A stretch of DNA of 63,531 bases, counting the filler, from Octopus bimaculoides (lineage: Eukaryota), in NCBI RefSeq assembly GCF_001194135.2. It is 6 parts of 6 records of this genome, joined end to end, with 100 filler letters (N's around TTAATTAATTAA, not from the genome) between each part and the next. Parts side by side here need not be neighbours in the genome. Positions count along the whole stretch, not along the records: positions 1 to 28,271 come from NC_069002.1; positions 28,372 to 35,871 come from NW_026318049.1; positions 35,972 to 40,871 come from NC_068996.1; 3 more parts are not named here. The stretch is one strand, 5' to 3'. Numbering within the stretch: the stretch's first letter is position 1; the number at the start of each line of letters is the position of its first letter. Below are positions 27,211 through 38,280 of this stretch, in pieces. The position numbers and the translations under genes are program-made. Below the pieces are notes generated by a model. The model did no database searches. It was given only the letters and a program-made list of their open reading frames with translations, and was not told where the DNA came from.

Positions 27211-28315
27211 GCACTTTATAAGTCTTGTGATTGTACTGATTATATTACAATATAATAAAAGTTATATAGTATAGTTAGTTAATGTGCTAAACAAAGTAGA
27301 ATGGAATGATCAGGTGGGGTAGTACTGATTTTTATGGATACTTACTTTTAATTATGTTCAGTCTGAAATTAAAGCACATTGCATATATTACAATAAAATA
27401 ATAGCTATATAGTATAGTTAGTTAGTGTGCTAAACACAGTATACTATCCATAGAAAGGTTTTCCTGCAAAGCTGACCAAATCTTATCATGGTTTTAGTAA
27501 TTACTTTATTTATCCCTCTCGTAAAGTGTTTCACCTTCCTGATCTTAGTATTTACAAGGGCCTTTCTGAAAGTAGCCCTTCTAATTAAGTATCCCTAAGA
27601 AACTACAATATCCGGTATGGATTAACACACTGAAAACTTTTTAAAACTTTAATATACCTCTTAGTTTATAATTAATATATAGTTAGCATGTTCTATAACA
27701 TCAATATTCCTTTAGTTAATACCAGATATCAGTCTTTATAGATACAAACTAAGTAAGTAAATAAACAATATTTAGCTTAAATACTTGAATTATTATACTT
27801 TTTTTATAAGTCTTCTCTATTGATGTTACTAAGGTGTATATATACTTCATCATGGTTTTTAATAATTAAGCTATTTTATTCCGTTTGTATGGTGTTCCAC
27901 ACTACCAGGTCATTTTAGTACCTTTTAATTGTCTTTATGAAATAAACCTAATTTTCGTACCCCTATAAATTCATACCTAGCTTATATAAAACAATACCGG
28001 TATCTTCACAACTTAAAATAAACTGCTTAGATTATAATTCAATTCATATATAGTTCAACATGTTCTTTCGCCTCAGTGCTCCTTTATTAAATACCAGTAA
28101 ATGCCAATTGATCAATCTCCATAGATACAATCTAATAAGTTAGTATTTAAGTATATAATATGTATAAATATTAAACTATTTCTATCCTTTTTGTTGCTTA
28201 TTTTGATTTTATTCCCCTTATTTTGTAATTGTATATATATATGTATATATATGTATGTATATATATATATANNNNNNNNNNNNNNNNNNNNNNNNNNNNN
28301 NNNNNNNNNNNNNNN

Positions 28316-28327
28316 TTAATTAATTAA
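28316..28327. other. Artificial scaffolding linker TTAATTAATTAA (also 35916, 40916, 55246, 61966)
   Basis: Identical 12-mer with stops in all six frames, each centred in a 100-bp gap (44 N + 12 + 44 N). Confidence 0.9.
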
Positions 28328-29857
28328 NNNNNNNNNNNNNNNNNNNNNNNNNNNNNNNNNNNNNNNNNNNNTATATGTATAGAAAAACAAAACAAGGAGA
28401 AAAAATTTTTTATGTAATGGTCAGCGATCTATCATGGCGACTGCAGCACAGAAAGTTCACACAGGAGAGCTAAGAAAAACGGAAGATAACAAAGGGGAAA
28501 GAGGCGGTGACCCCAAATACAAGGAGTGTGTGTGAGAGAGAATGCTGGTGATCTTAACGTATGTATGCGTGTATGTAGGTGTGAATAAGTGGGGAAGGGA
28601 GAAGGGAGTTGGTCAGTGCTAATGTGTGCATGGTGATGTGTTGTGAAGTGATGTGTTGTGTGATATGGTGTAACTTGGTGTGATGTGAAAGTGTTGGGAG
28701 GTGGGGAAGGCGAAGGGGGGAGGCGAGAGTGGGGTAGAGGTAGGGGTATGTGGGTAGGCAGAAGTTGGGGTGGGTGTAAGGAATTGGATGGGGTTTATAT
28801 ATACATATACATACATATATTTATATATATATATGCATACAATATATATATACATATATATACTTATATATATATATATATATATATGATAATAATATTA
28901 GGGACAAAATCCAAAATTACAGGTAAAAACTCAATTAAAATCAATTTATAAAAAATTAAAATTAAATTAAGATTTACAGAGTANNNNNNNNNNATTTAAA
29001 TCGATTAAAATCAATTAAAATTATCGAAAATAAATTCTATTCAAAAATACAGCTAATCGTCAGGTCTAAATACAACAACAATAATAATAAATAAATGTAT
29101 ATATCAACCAGCAATAAGTACCAAATGAATTTATATAAAATACTTATTTTCTAAAGATAGAAAAATTATTAAAAATATCAAAATAATAAACATTCCATAA
29201 TCATCCCTACATCCATTATAATATATGCTAACATGTATATTATATACGAAAACCAACTTACATAAATTATTATCGTTTTAAATACAATTTGAACGAAATT
29301 TAAGGTTAAAATAATAATAAAGATAATATTAGCACATATTTAACCGGTGCAATAGTTAAAGCTAGACTATTTAAGACTAAAAACGTTTATTCAATTATCA
29401 TTAAAAATCCATTGAATAATAGAAAAATACAAGAATACTTATTTCTACAAACGTAGAAATAAAATAAAAATATGAATGAAAAAATTAAGAATGAAAAACA
29501 TTATTATGAATGAAAGATTAATCTTTCACCACATAGAACTTTACATAACCTAAGTTTTAATAAAAAAACCTTTAACGATATTATAAAGACTAATTATTAA
29601 TGAAATATTATTCATCAAAAATAATCGAAAATATATCAACCCTATTCAAATCGAAGTCTTATATTATGTTGAAATGATACTCTAACTTCTAAATAATTTA
29701 GTGTTAAATAAGTTATCTATTAAAAATAATCTTTAAAAAAACCAAATGAATAATATAAAAAACAAGAATACATATTATTTTCAAATAATAGAAAATCATT
29801 TAGCAAAGTAAAAAAAGAACTTATCCATTCTGTTTATACATATATATATGTATATGT

Positions 29858-30154
29858 ATTTGAAGAAAAGCAACAAAAATTCAATAGGTTATAGCAGTAC
29901 GTACGTTCCGTACAAGCTTCATTTATTCATGTAGTGAGAACACCACATAGAATTACAATGAAAATGTACTCCTCAGCTGCATAATGGAATTTCATTTTAG
30001 AAAGTCATTTTGAAGATGTGTGCAAAAAAACAAAACAAGAGTAAGAGAAGAAAACATATCATCTCGACTATGCTGCTGTTCAACAGCATTATGCAGCTGA
30101 GGAGTACATTTTATAACCTATAACCTATTGAATTTTTGTTGCTTTTCTTCAAAT
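29858..30154. repeat. Nested foldback (two pairs of perfect inverted arms)
   Basis: 29858-29893 pairs with 30119-30154 (36 bp); 29961-29986 pairs with 30087-30112 (26 bp). Confidence 0.9.
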
Positions 30155-30367
30155 TTTATTCAGCAAATCTCTCGATTTTGTTTTTGGTTTTTACCCTACC
30201 AAATTCTGGTGCCTCAAACATTTTAAGTACCACATCTAATCTTTTGATTAAATCTATGTATATGTATATATATGTACACATGTAGCTATGATTGACCGTT
30301 GACCGAACACTATTCAATTTTTTTCTCCGTGTTCTTCTTTTCCGTGTTTTTCTCCTTGTCTCCGTAT

Positions 30368-30404
30368 TCTTTCTGTTGAAGAGCGTAGCTCGAAACGTTA
30401 AAGA
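30368..30404 (+). ncRNA. Minimal hammerhead-like motif in a non-autonomous repeat (element about 30285-30505)
   Basis: UCUUU-CUGUUGA-A-GAGC(gua)GCUC-GAAA-CGUU-AAAGA: 5-bp stem I, 4-bp stem II, palindromic AACGUU instead of stem III. A6 is changed to U, so activity is doubtful. Confidence 0.4.
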
Positions 30405-30493
30405 CTTTCCGTATTCCCGAGCGTCATACTAATACATCCTTTTGTTGTTTACACCGCCTGTCCTCGTCTGTTGTTGTTTTTTCGTACATTCTC

Positions 30494-30538
<45 letters not shown>

Positions 30539-30740
30539 TACATATATATATATATACATATATAGTTGAAAAACTTTGATAAGGTAAATATCTTAATAGT
30601 TACCAGGGTAGCAGAATTCACAGGGAAACTGGGATATTTCACCTAGTTAAGAGGTAGAAATTCCATGTTAAAGTGATGTATTTTGAGTTGATATAATAAA
30701 CAATAAATGGAGCAAAACACATATAATGAATAAGTTCCTT

Positions 30741-30832
30741 TAATTCCAACACATGTTTCGAAAATTACATACAAGCTATTCCAAAGGAATAAAAGATGTT
30801 TTTATAAATCTAATTTTCTCTTCAGGGAATCA
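30741..30832 (-). ncRNA. Type I hammerhead ribozyme (GUU triplet)
   Basis: Minus strand: UGAUUCC-CUGAAGA-G AAAAUUA...UAAUUUU C-GAAA-C(AUGU)G-UU-GGAAUUA. Confidence 0.75.
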
Positions 30833-30928
30833 TCCTTTGAACGCAAGACCTATACCAAATGTGAAAATTACGTATTTGGAAGAATGCTACATAGCTAAGT
30901 TTTTGGTATAGGTCTTGCATTCAAAGGA

Positions 30929-31020
30929 TGATTCCCTGAAGAGAAAATTACATTTATAAAAAAATCTTTTATTCCTCTGAAATAGAGTGCATGTAATTTT
31001 CGAAACATGTGTCGGAATTA
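30929..31020 (+). ncRNA. Type I hammerhead ribozyme (GUC triplet, predicted cut after 31013)
   Basis: Stem I UGAUUCC/GGAAUUA; core CUGAAGA 30936-30942; 11-bp stem II GAAAAUUACAU/AUGUAAUUUUC; GAAA 31002-31005; 2-bp stem III with palindromic ACAUGU; GUC 31011-31013. Confidence 0.85.
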
Positions 31021-31334
31021 AAGTAACTTATTCATTATATGCGTTTTGCTCCATTTATTCTTTATTACATACATATATATATATATACCTATACCTATAT
31101 ATATATACACCTATATATATACACATATATATGTATACACATATATATACACACATATATATATACACATATACATGTACACACATATATATACACACAC
31201 ATAAATACATACACATATATATACACACACATATACATATACACACATATATATACACACACATATATACACACACATATATATAAACATATATATATAC
31301 GTACATATACATATATATATATATACATACATAT

Positions 31335-31659
31335 ATGGTGGTTGTCTACTCCTTACACAGAGTTTGACCACCTCCTGCACCTACACCGTAGCCCGTTCAT
31401 GGTGCCTGATGTGGCTTTTTAAACCAGACAATGTTTTGAAAAAACACTCACACAGATTGCACCTCTGATTTGTACTACCAATACCTGCAGGTAAGTTCTG
31501 GTCATTGTGGATCCTAACATGTCTTTTAAAACCCCCATTGGATTTGCAAGCCCTCTGGCACACACCACATTCAAACGTGTGCACAGACATATAATCAGGA
31601 TAGCTGGTCGAAGTTTGTTTTCCATGGGTTCGCAGGTGAGATTTGAGGCCAGCCAAAGA
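31335..31659 (-). mobile_element. Second, shorter copy of the zinc-finger RTE 3' end
   Basis: SLAGLKSHLRTH..CGVCQRACKSNGGFKRHVRIH..CNLCECFFKTLSGLKSHIRHH; same terminal GGAGTAGACAACCACCAT; flanked by TA-rich microsatellite on both sides. Confidence 0.8.
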
Positions 31660-31687
31660 CATACATACATATATATATACATATATA

Positions 31688-33200
31688 AGGATACTCCAGG
31701 CTTTCGATGTCCCTATGGGAAGTTCGGACTCAGCTCAAATAGCTGACATAGTTTGTTCGTATATACTATATGAACTGGCAGACCAATTCCCAAATATTAA
31801 TGGAGGTCTATACAGAGATGATTGTCTGCTATACCTCCAAAATGTCACTACCCAGCACATCTAAAAGGTTAAAAATAGATTAGCTAGATTCTTCCAGAGA
31901 ACGGGTTTTGGCATCATGTTTGAGGATGAGGTCTCCGTAGCCAACTTCCTAGATGTAACTTTAGACTTACATAGCAATACACACTTTCCATACCATAAAC
32001 CATCAACGAATCTTAGGTACATAAGCCCTTTTAGTAACCATCCAAGGTCAATCACCAATAATTTAGTTAAGAGTATTTCACTGAGACTGTCTAAACTTTC
32101 CTCTGACTCCCACATTTTCAATAAAGAGGCTGACTTTTATAATTCAGCCTTATTGAAGGCAGGTTACAAAGACAAGATAAGATACATCAATTCATTTAGT
32201 AACTTTTCATCTTTTGTGCAGCAGGATATTACCACTTCTAGCAGGGATAAACTCAATTCTATTTCTTCCCCTTCTTCTCACTTAACTGAGAAAGAGGCTC
32301 TTACTTATAATCATTCACATAAAAGAGGAGGCTTAACCGGCTCTAAGCACCTTAATACAAACAAAAAACTTAATTTATTTAGCAATACCAACACTGCACC
32401 TAGATCTGAACACAACATCTGGTTCATCGTCCAGTTTGGGAAACAAATTAAATCCAACTTGGTTTTGCAGTTCTGTGACGTGGTGAATAGGAACTTTCCT
32501 AGGGGTTCTCACTATTACCCAATCATCAACACACTCAAGGTTAGATTTGGGTTTTCTAATACAAAAAATATGTTACAAATAATTTCTTCCCATAATTTTA
32601 GACTTTTAGATTCGCATCTAGACAGCCATACAAATTATGATAATAATAATAACAATTACTCCAGTAATACAACACACTCCTATGGTAGCAATAGTTATTT
32701 AGATAAAAATATAGGTAATAAGTACAACATTAGTAAATATAACAATACCTCTTACAACAATAAGATTAGTATCTTGGAATCTAATTGTAATAGAATCAAG
32801 TTTATGAGTGTGAATGCGAGGACCAAAAATGTGGTTTATCAATGTAAGGTAATAACTAACACAGAGGTCTTGCATTACATAGGTTGCTTTTCTTCGCAGA
32901 TCTCTAGGAGAATCTCTAACCATTACTCAACTTTTAGGGATACGAATAAATATAGTAGTACCAGTCTTAGTAAGTTAATCTTAATAAGTTAAACTTAAGG
33001 ACTGCAATAAGCAATTCTCTTTAGAATGGTCAATACTGGCTACCTCAATACCCTACGACAAGGGTAAAGATTTTTGTCCTCTCTGTAACTTGGAGCTATT
33101 CCACATTCTGTTCTCCAAGAATAATTTAGTGAACCAGATAACGCATAGAGCATACAGATGCCAGCATTGGAGGAAACACACCTTCAGCTCGTTTCATTAA
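31688..33200 (+). mobile_element. Penelope-like retroelement, RT plus GIY-YIG, 5'-truncated, with one stop and one frameshift
   Basis: VPMGSSDSAQIAD, GGLYRDDCL, NFLDVTLDL, YHKP..YI..SNHP, IISSHN, NVVYQC..YIG..RISNHYSTFR..STSLSK, EWSIL..CPLCNLE..RCQHWRKH. Confidence 0.92.
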
Positions 33201-33844
33201 TTTCATCCTTTTTAATTCTAGTTACTTTTTTTACCTACCAACATACTCACTAGTTAACCGCCTTCTAGCATGTGGTATGCACAACCACCCAACTTTGTAT
33301 TTATTTTTATTAATTTAGGTAATAAATCTCTTTCAGTTACCTCCATTTACCCATTTGGTCCATCCCTACAACTTTTCCTTCTTGCTTGCTTGGTCCTCTT
33401 ATTATTATTATTCTTATCAACTCTTTTTGTAGTTTTTTTATCCATTGGATTTATAATCATACTCAAATATATTTGAGTTAATTATAACTTTGTAATCTTT
33501 GTTTCCCACCTTTGTAACCAGATATGTTAATGCAGCGTCTTCGCATTGTAGACACTGGAACATAACTTTAATATCAATTTTTCATTGAGATCAATATCTC
33601 TTTTAATTTGTCCATCATACTGCTCCCACTACCTATACACATAGGTTTTTTTCTATTATTTTATTTTTTTAATTGTTTATTCATTCATTTATTAATTTAC
33701 TTATTTTTTAATAGTAATAAAAAATGTTATTATAACATATCCATCACCTTAATAATAATAACAATAATAGTAATAATAATAATAACAATAATAAGAATAA
33801 TAACATTATAATATTATCTAAAATAACAATTATATCTAACTCCA

Positions 33845-34850
33845 ATGGCAGTTAATCCCACTCTCTCCTTCTCAAGTTAGTACAGTTACTTTAATCCTCG
33901 TAAAGTTATATTCATAGAGTTTTAAGTATATTTACGTATATACTATCGATTTTGTTATCGTAAATTTATAAAGTAAATTTCATGCTAACTACCCTTCATT
34001 CATCTCCCCCAAATCCTCCTATAATTCATTTATTTCTTTATCTATAAGTATATTTTTTTAAAGATATATCGATACTTGTACTTTATCTCAATATTCCATC
34101 CTACTTTTACATAAACTTCTATTAATATACCTCTGTGCTACAAAGTAATATGCAAAGTAGCATGTTTTTCCTGACAGGATATTATGTTTTAGTTTTAGTT
34201 AGACAAGTATTCTAATATAACTTTAAATATGTATTCGTTGCATAAGTATTCTTTCATTAATTTACGATATTGCATCAAGTATTGCCATTTATTTAGATTA
34301 GTTACTGTATCTTAATATGATACAATATCAATGGTTATCCCCATTGTAAGTTAATCTCTACTCTCTTTACTCCTTAAGTTTGCACGATTTTTTTTAACTC
34401 TACATATAGTCATATTTATATAGTTCACACATATCTTTATGTATATAAAGTTCTTGCTATCATAAGTAATTTTGCATAATAAATTTCATGCTTATTCCCT
34501 TTCGTTCACCTTTCTCGAATCAAGCTTTATTTCACTTCTTTCCTTATCTATTAGAATATTCTAAGATATCTTTCTAATCGTACTTCTATACTAGGTCTAA
34601 TATTCACTCCCGTTTTTCATTAATATACCTCTATGCTATATAATAGTATATAAGAAGCACGTTTTTCTCTGGCGGGATATATGTTAGTTTAACATGATTT
34701 ACAATATTACATCAAATAGGTATTTTTGCATATACATTTACCTACGTTATGTATTCTTTTATTATTTCATTACTTTATAGTTTTGTACCTTGTATTGCCA
34801 TTTAATTAGGTTCATTACCGTAACTTAATATGATACAACATTAATGGTTA
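33845..34850. repeat. Diverged two-unit tandem repeat (about 500-bp period) in the PLE 3' region
   Basis: Blocks recur about 500 bp apart: aaatttcatgct, ttaatatacctct.tgcta, gtattgccattta.ttag, cttaatatgatacaa..t.aatggtta. Boundaries approximate. Confidence 0.7.
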
Positions 34851-35090
34851 CTTATATTTACTATCCATCTTTAATTTCCTTCCATCTAAATGTTTATTTA
34901 TGTAATTAGTCGAATATCAAATATTTACTCTTTACACAAATCCATTGGATTCTCTCCCTTTCTCCTTCCACTTACAAAACAGCTCCCTGTAAACTAGCGT
35001 TCTTGTTTCTAACAGTCATTTAACTTAGCTATATACTGTTATTCCTCGTACATAATCTTACCATTCAGAATGAGTCTTGCATTTGTAAAA

Positions 35091-35184
35091 TGGTTCCCTG
35101 ATGATAAAATTATATGTATAAACCAGCATCTCTTATTCCTTTGGAGTAGAGTGCATATAATTTTTGAAACATGTGTAGGAATTA
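35091..35184 (+). ncRNA. Type I hammerhead ribozyme (GUA triplet), third pLTR copy
   Basis: Core CUGAUGA 35098-35104; stem II AAAAUUAUAU/AUAUAAUUUU (first pair is a U-U mismatch); GAAA 35166-35169; C(AUGU)G-UA; GGAAUUA. Confidence 0.7.
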
Positions 35185-35250
35185 AAGGAACTTATTGATT
35201 ATATGCGTTTTGCTCCATTTATTATTCTTTATATATATATATATATATTT

Positions 35251-35329
35251 ATATATTTATTTATATAAGGGCATTACTATACAATAGTATAGTAATTGTA
35301 TAGTAATGCCCTTATATAAATAAATATAT
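35251..35329. repeat. Perfect 35-bp inverted repeat with 9-nt loop
   Basis: atatatttatttatataagggcattactatacaat / attgtatagtaatgcccttatataaataaatatat. Confidence 0.92.
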
Positions 35330-35409
35330 ATATTTCGGGAATAAATGATGGATTTTTTCCCTTATGAGGTTTTTTTCACGCTAGCTACTTGATAAATTCT
35401 TGTAAAAGA

Positions 35410-35431
35410 GTTCATCCTATTATTGAATTTT

Positions 35432-35521
<90 letters not shown>

Positions 35522-35670
35522 TATATACATTCATATATACATATATATATACATACATATATATACATATATACAAACATATATATCCATACATACATAT
35601 ATATATATATATATATACATACACATATATATACATATATATATACATATGTATACATACACATATATAT

Positions 35671-35701
<31 letters not shown>

Positions 35702-35747
35702 ATATATATACATATATATATATATACATATATATATATATGCATAC

Positions 35748-35786
<39 letters not shown>

Positions 35787-35812
35787 CATATATATATACA
35801 TATATATATATC
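35410..35812. repeat. (TA/CA)n microsatellite
   Basis: Direct reading. Confidence 0.95.
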
Positions 35813-36104
35813 ATCATCGTTTATAACGTCTGCTTTCCATGCTAGCATGGGTTGGACGATTTGACTGAGGANNNNNNNNNNNNNNNNNNNNNNNNNNNNN
35901 NNNNNNNNNNNNNNNTTAATTAATTAANNNNNNNNNNNNNNNNNNNNNNNNNNNNNNNNNNNNNNNNNNNNTATATATATATATATTATATATGTATAGA
36001 TATTAACTACAACTTCATGATGTGACCTCCTTTTGTATTGAAAGCATGCCTACTCTCAATACAAAATTCTCCAATGTTCACTACAATAACCTATCAGTAC
36101 TTAC

Positions 36105-36203
36105 CAATTATTCTTGACTTGTCCAATACTATATTCCTCCAGAACATGTAATCACTGCCCTGAACCACTACCCTGCTATTGACTCTCAGTCCAATTACTG
36201 AAT
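36105..36203 (-). CDS. Candidate 99-nt symmetric (phase 1-1) internal exon, xSVIGLRVNSRVVVQGSDYMFWRNIVLDKSRII, gene unknown
   Basis: Acceptor ttttatttgctgcag and donor G|gtaagt; length is a multiple of 3; only one frame is open; sits in non-repetitive DNA. Confidence 0.55.
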
Positions 36204-36825
36204 CTGCAGCAAATAAAACTAAATGAAACTATTAAAGGCTCTCTAGAAGAAGCATTTAATAAATAAATATGGGCTACCATGCTGCTGTTTGATCAGTTAG
36301 AAACAACAGCCAAATTTCCATCAAACCACAAAATTCTAATTCAACATTTAATCAGTGTACATGGTTGCCACACAAAAAGCAATGGTGTGAAAGAGAAACA
36401 AACTTTTCTTTCAGTTAGAATATATTTGGGACATATTTGGCCATTAAATGGCTATTTTCACAGCACTTTGCTTTGGAAACAAATTCTTGCTTAATGCAAA
36501 AGGTGTAAAATGCCAAAGTCATTTCAGAGTGATGTAGTCAATAGAAAACTCCTCCTGATTTCTTATAAGTAAGTCAAAGGTTCTAGTCATTTTGGAAGAC
36601 CAAATAGAGCAAAAGGGGCACAAAATACATACATTAGTCCATGAGGAGCAGGGGGCTCCAAAATTACTGTTGGTATTAAAACACTTTTTTGCCTAAAGCA
36701 AGAATTTTTCTTTGAAGCACACTCAAGTAAAAATGGCTTTTTTGCAAGTCAAAAATGTTGCAAACATATCTGAACTGATCAAAAAATTTATTTTAGGAAC
36801 TTTATCTCTTTCCAGATATCAGTAC

Positions 36826-37220
36826 GAGCATAGTTGTGTGGTAAGAAGCTTGCTTTACAATTACATGGTTCCAGGTTCAGTCCCACTTCATGGCACCTTG
36901 GGTAAATGTCTTCTACTATAGCCTCCAGCCAACCAAAGCTTTGCGAGTGGATTTGATAGATGGAAACTAAAAGAAGCCCATCACATGTTAGTGTATGTGT
37001 GCATGTGTGTGTATCTGTGTTTGTCCCCCACCACCACTTGACAGCCAATGTTGGTTTGTTTACATCCCCATAGCTTAGCCATTCAGCAATAGAAACTGAT
37101 AGACTGATTACCAGGCTAAAAAAAGAAGCACTGGGGTCGATTTGTCTAGCTAAAATTTCTTCAAGGTGGTGCCCCAGCATGGTCACAGTTTAATGACTGA
37201 AACAAGCGAAAGATAAAAGA
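36826..37220 (+). mobile_element. SINE family A, older full-length copy
   Basis: Head gttgtgtggtaag..ggttccaggttcagtccc, CORE-like ccttgggtaaatgtctt, tail gactgaaacaagcgaaag. Confidence 0.85.
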
Positions 37221-37683
37221 CATATTTATCTCTCTCTCTCCCAGATATATACTTATCTCTCGCTCTAGATGGCCTTCAAAAGCCAAAGGTACGATGTCCT
37301 CTTCTTATTTAGCTGACTGAATAAAAACGAACACCTGAAACTGCTATAAAAGCTCATAAAAAATACATCAATATATTCATTACAAATTTTGGCACAAGGC
37401 CAGTAATATCAGGGAGAGAGCAAGTTGGTACTTATTTTATCGACCCAAGAAAGGATGAAAGGTAAAGTCAACCTTGGTGGAATTTGAACTCAGAATGAGA
37501 AGTTGGACGAAATACCACTAAGCATTGTTGACTGATGTGCTAACAATTCTGCCAGCTCACCACCTTAAGAAATACATTAATGTATTACCAAGGATAATAT
37601 GCTACAACGTATAACATGCATGTCAACTTTGGGAACCCTTTATCTTATATTTTACAAACACTGTGCTGTGAACACACCAACAT

Positions 37684-37894
37684 ACTCTTTTAGTCTTTTA
37701 CTTGTTTCAGTCATTTGACTGTGACCATGCTGGAGCACCACCTTTAGTCGAAATAGATCGACCCCAGGACTTATTCTTTGTAAGCCTAGTACTTATTCTA
37801 TCGGTCTCTTTTGCTGAACCGCTAAGTTGCGGGGACGTAAACACACCAGCATCAGTTGTCAAGCGATGTTGAGGGGACAAACACAGACACACAA

Positions 37895-37931
<37 letters not shown>

Positions 37932-38280
37932 CGACAGGCTTCTTTCAGTTTCCGTCTACCAAATCCACTCACAAGGCTTTGGNNNNNNNNNNNNNNNNNN
38001 NNNNNNNNNNNNNNNNNNNNNNNNNNNNNNNNNNNNNNNNNNNNNNNNNNNNNNNNNNNNNNNNNNNNNNNNNNNNNNNNNNNNNNNNNNNNNNNNNNNN
38101 NNNNNNNTATATATATACAACGAGCTTCTTTCAGTCTCCGTCTACCAAATCCACTCCCAAGGCTTTGGTTGGCCCGAGGCTATAGTAGAAGACACTTGCC
38201 CAAGGTGTCACGCAGTGGGACTGAACCCAGACCCATATGGTTGGTAAGCAAGCTACTTACCACACAGCCACTCCTGCACC
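37684..38280 (-). mobile_element. SINE family A spanning a gap (central segment present on both sides)
   Basis: Same consensus as 17191-17589. Confidence 0.85.

Larger units (their letters stand above)
30695..31065. repeat. About 165-bp inverted pair of Penelope terminal repeats (pLTR)
   Basis: 30695-30859 is the reverse complement of about 30902-31065 with few mismatches; a third direct copy lies at about 35070-35230. Confidence 0.9.

Noticed and set aside
37925-38170. Tandemly repeated SINE A central segment
   Set aside because: Separated by a gap; may be haplotypes or two copies joined by scaffolding and cannot be resolved.
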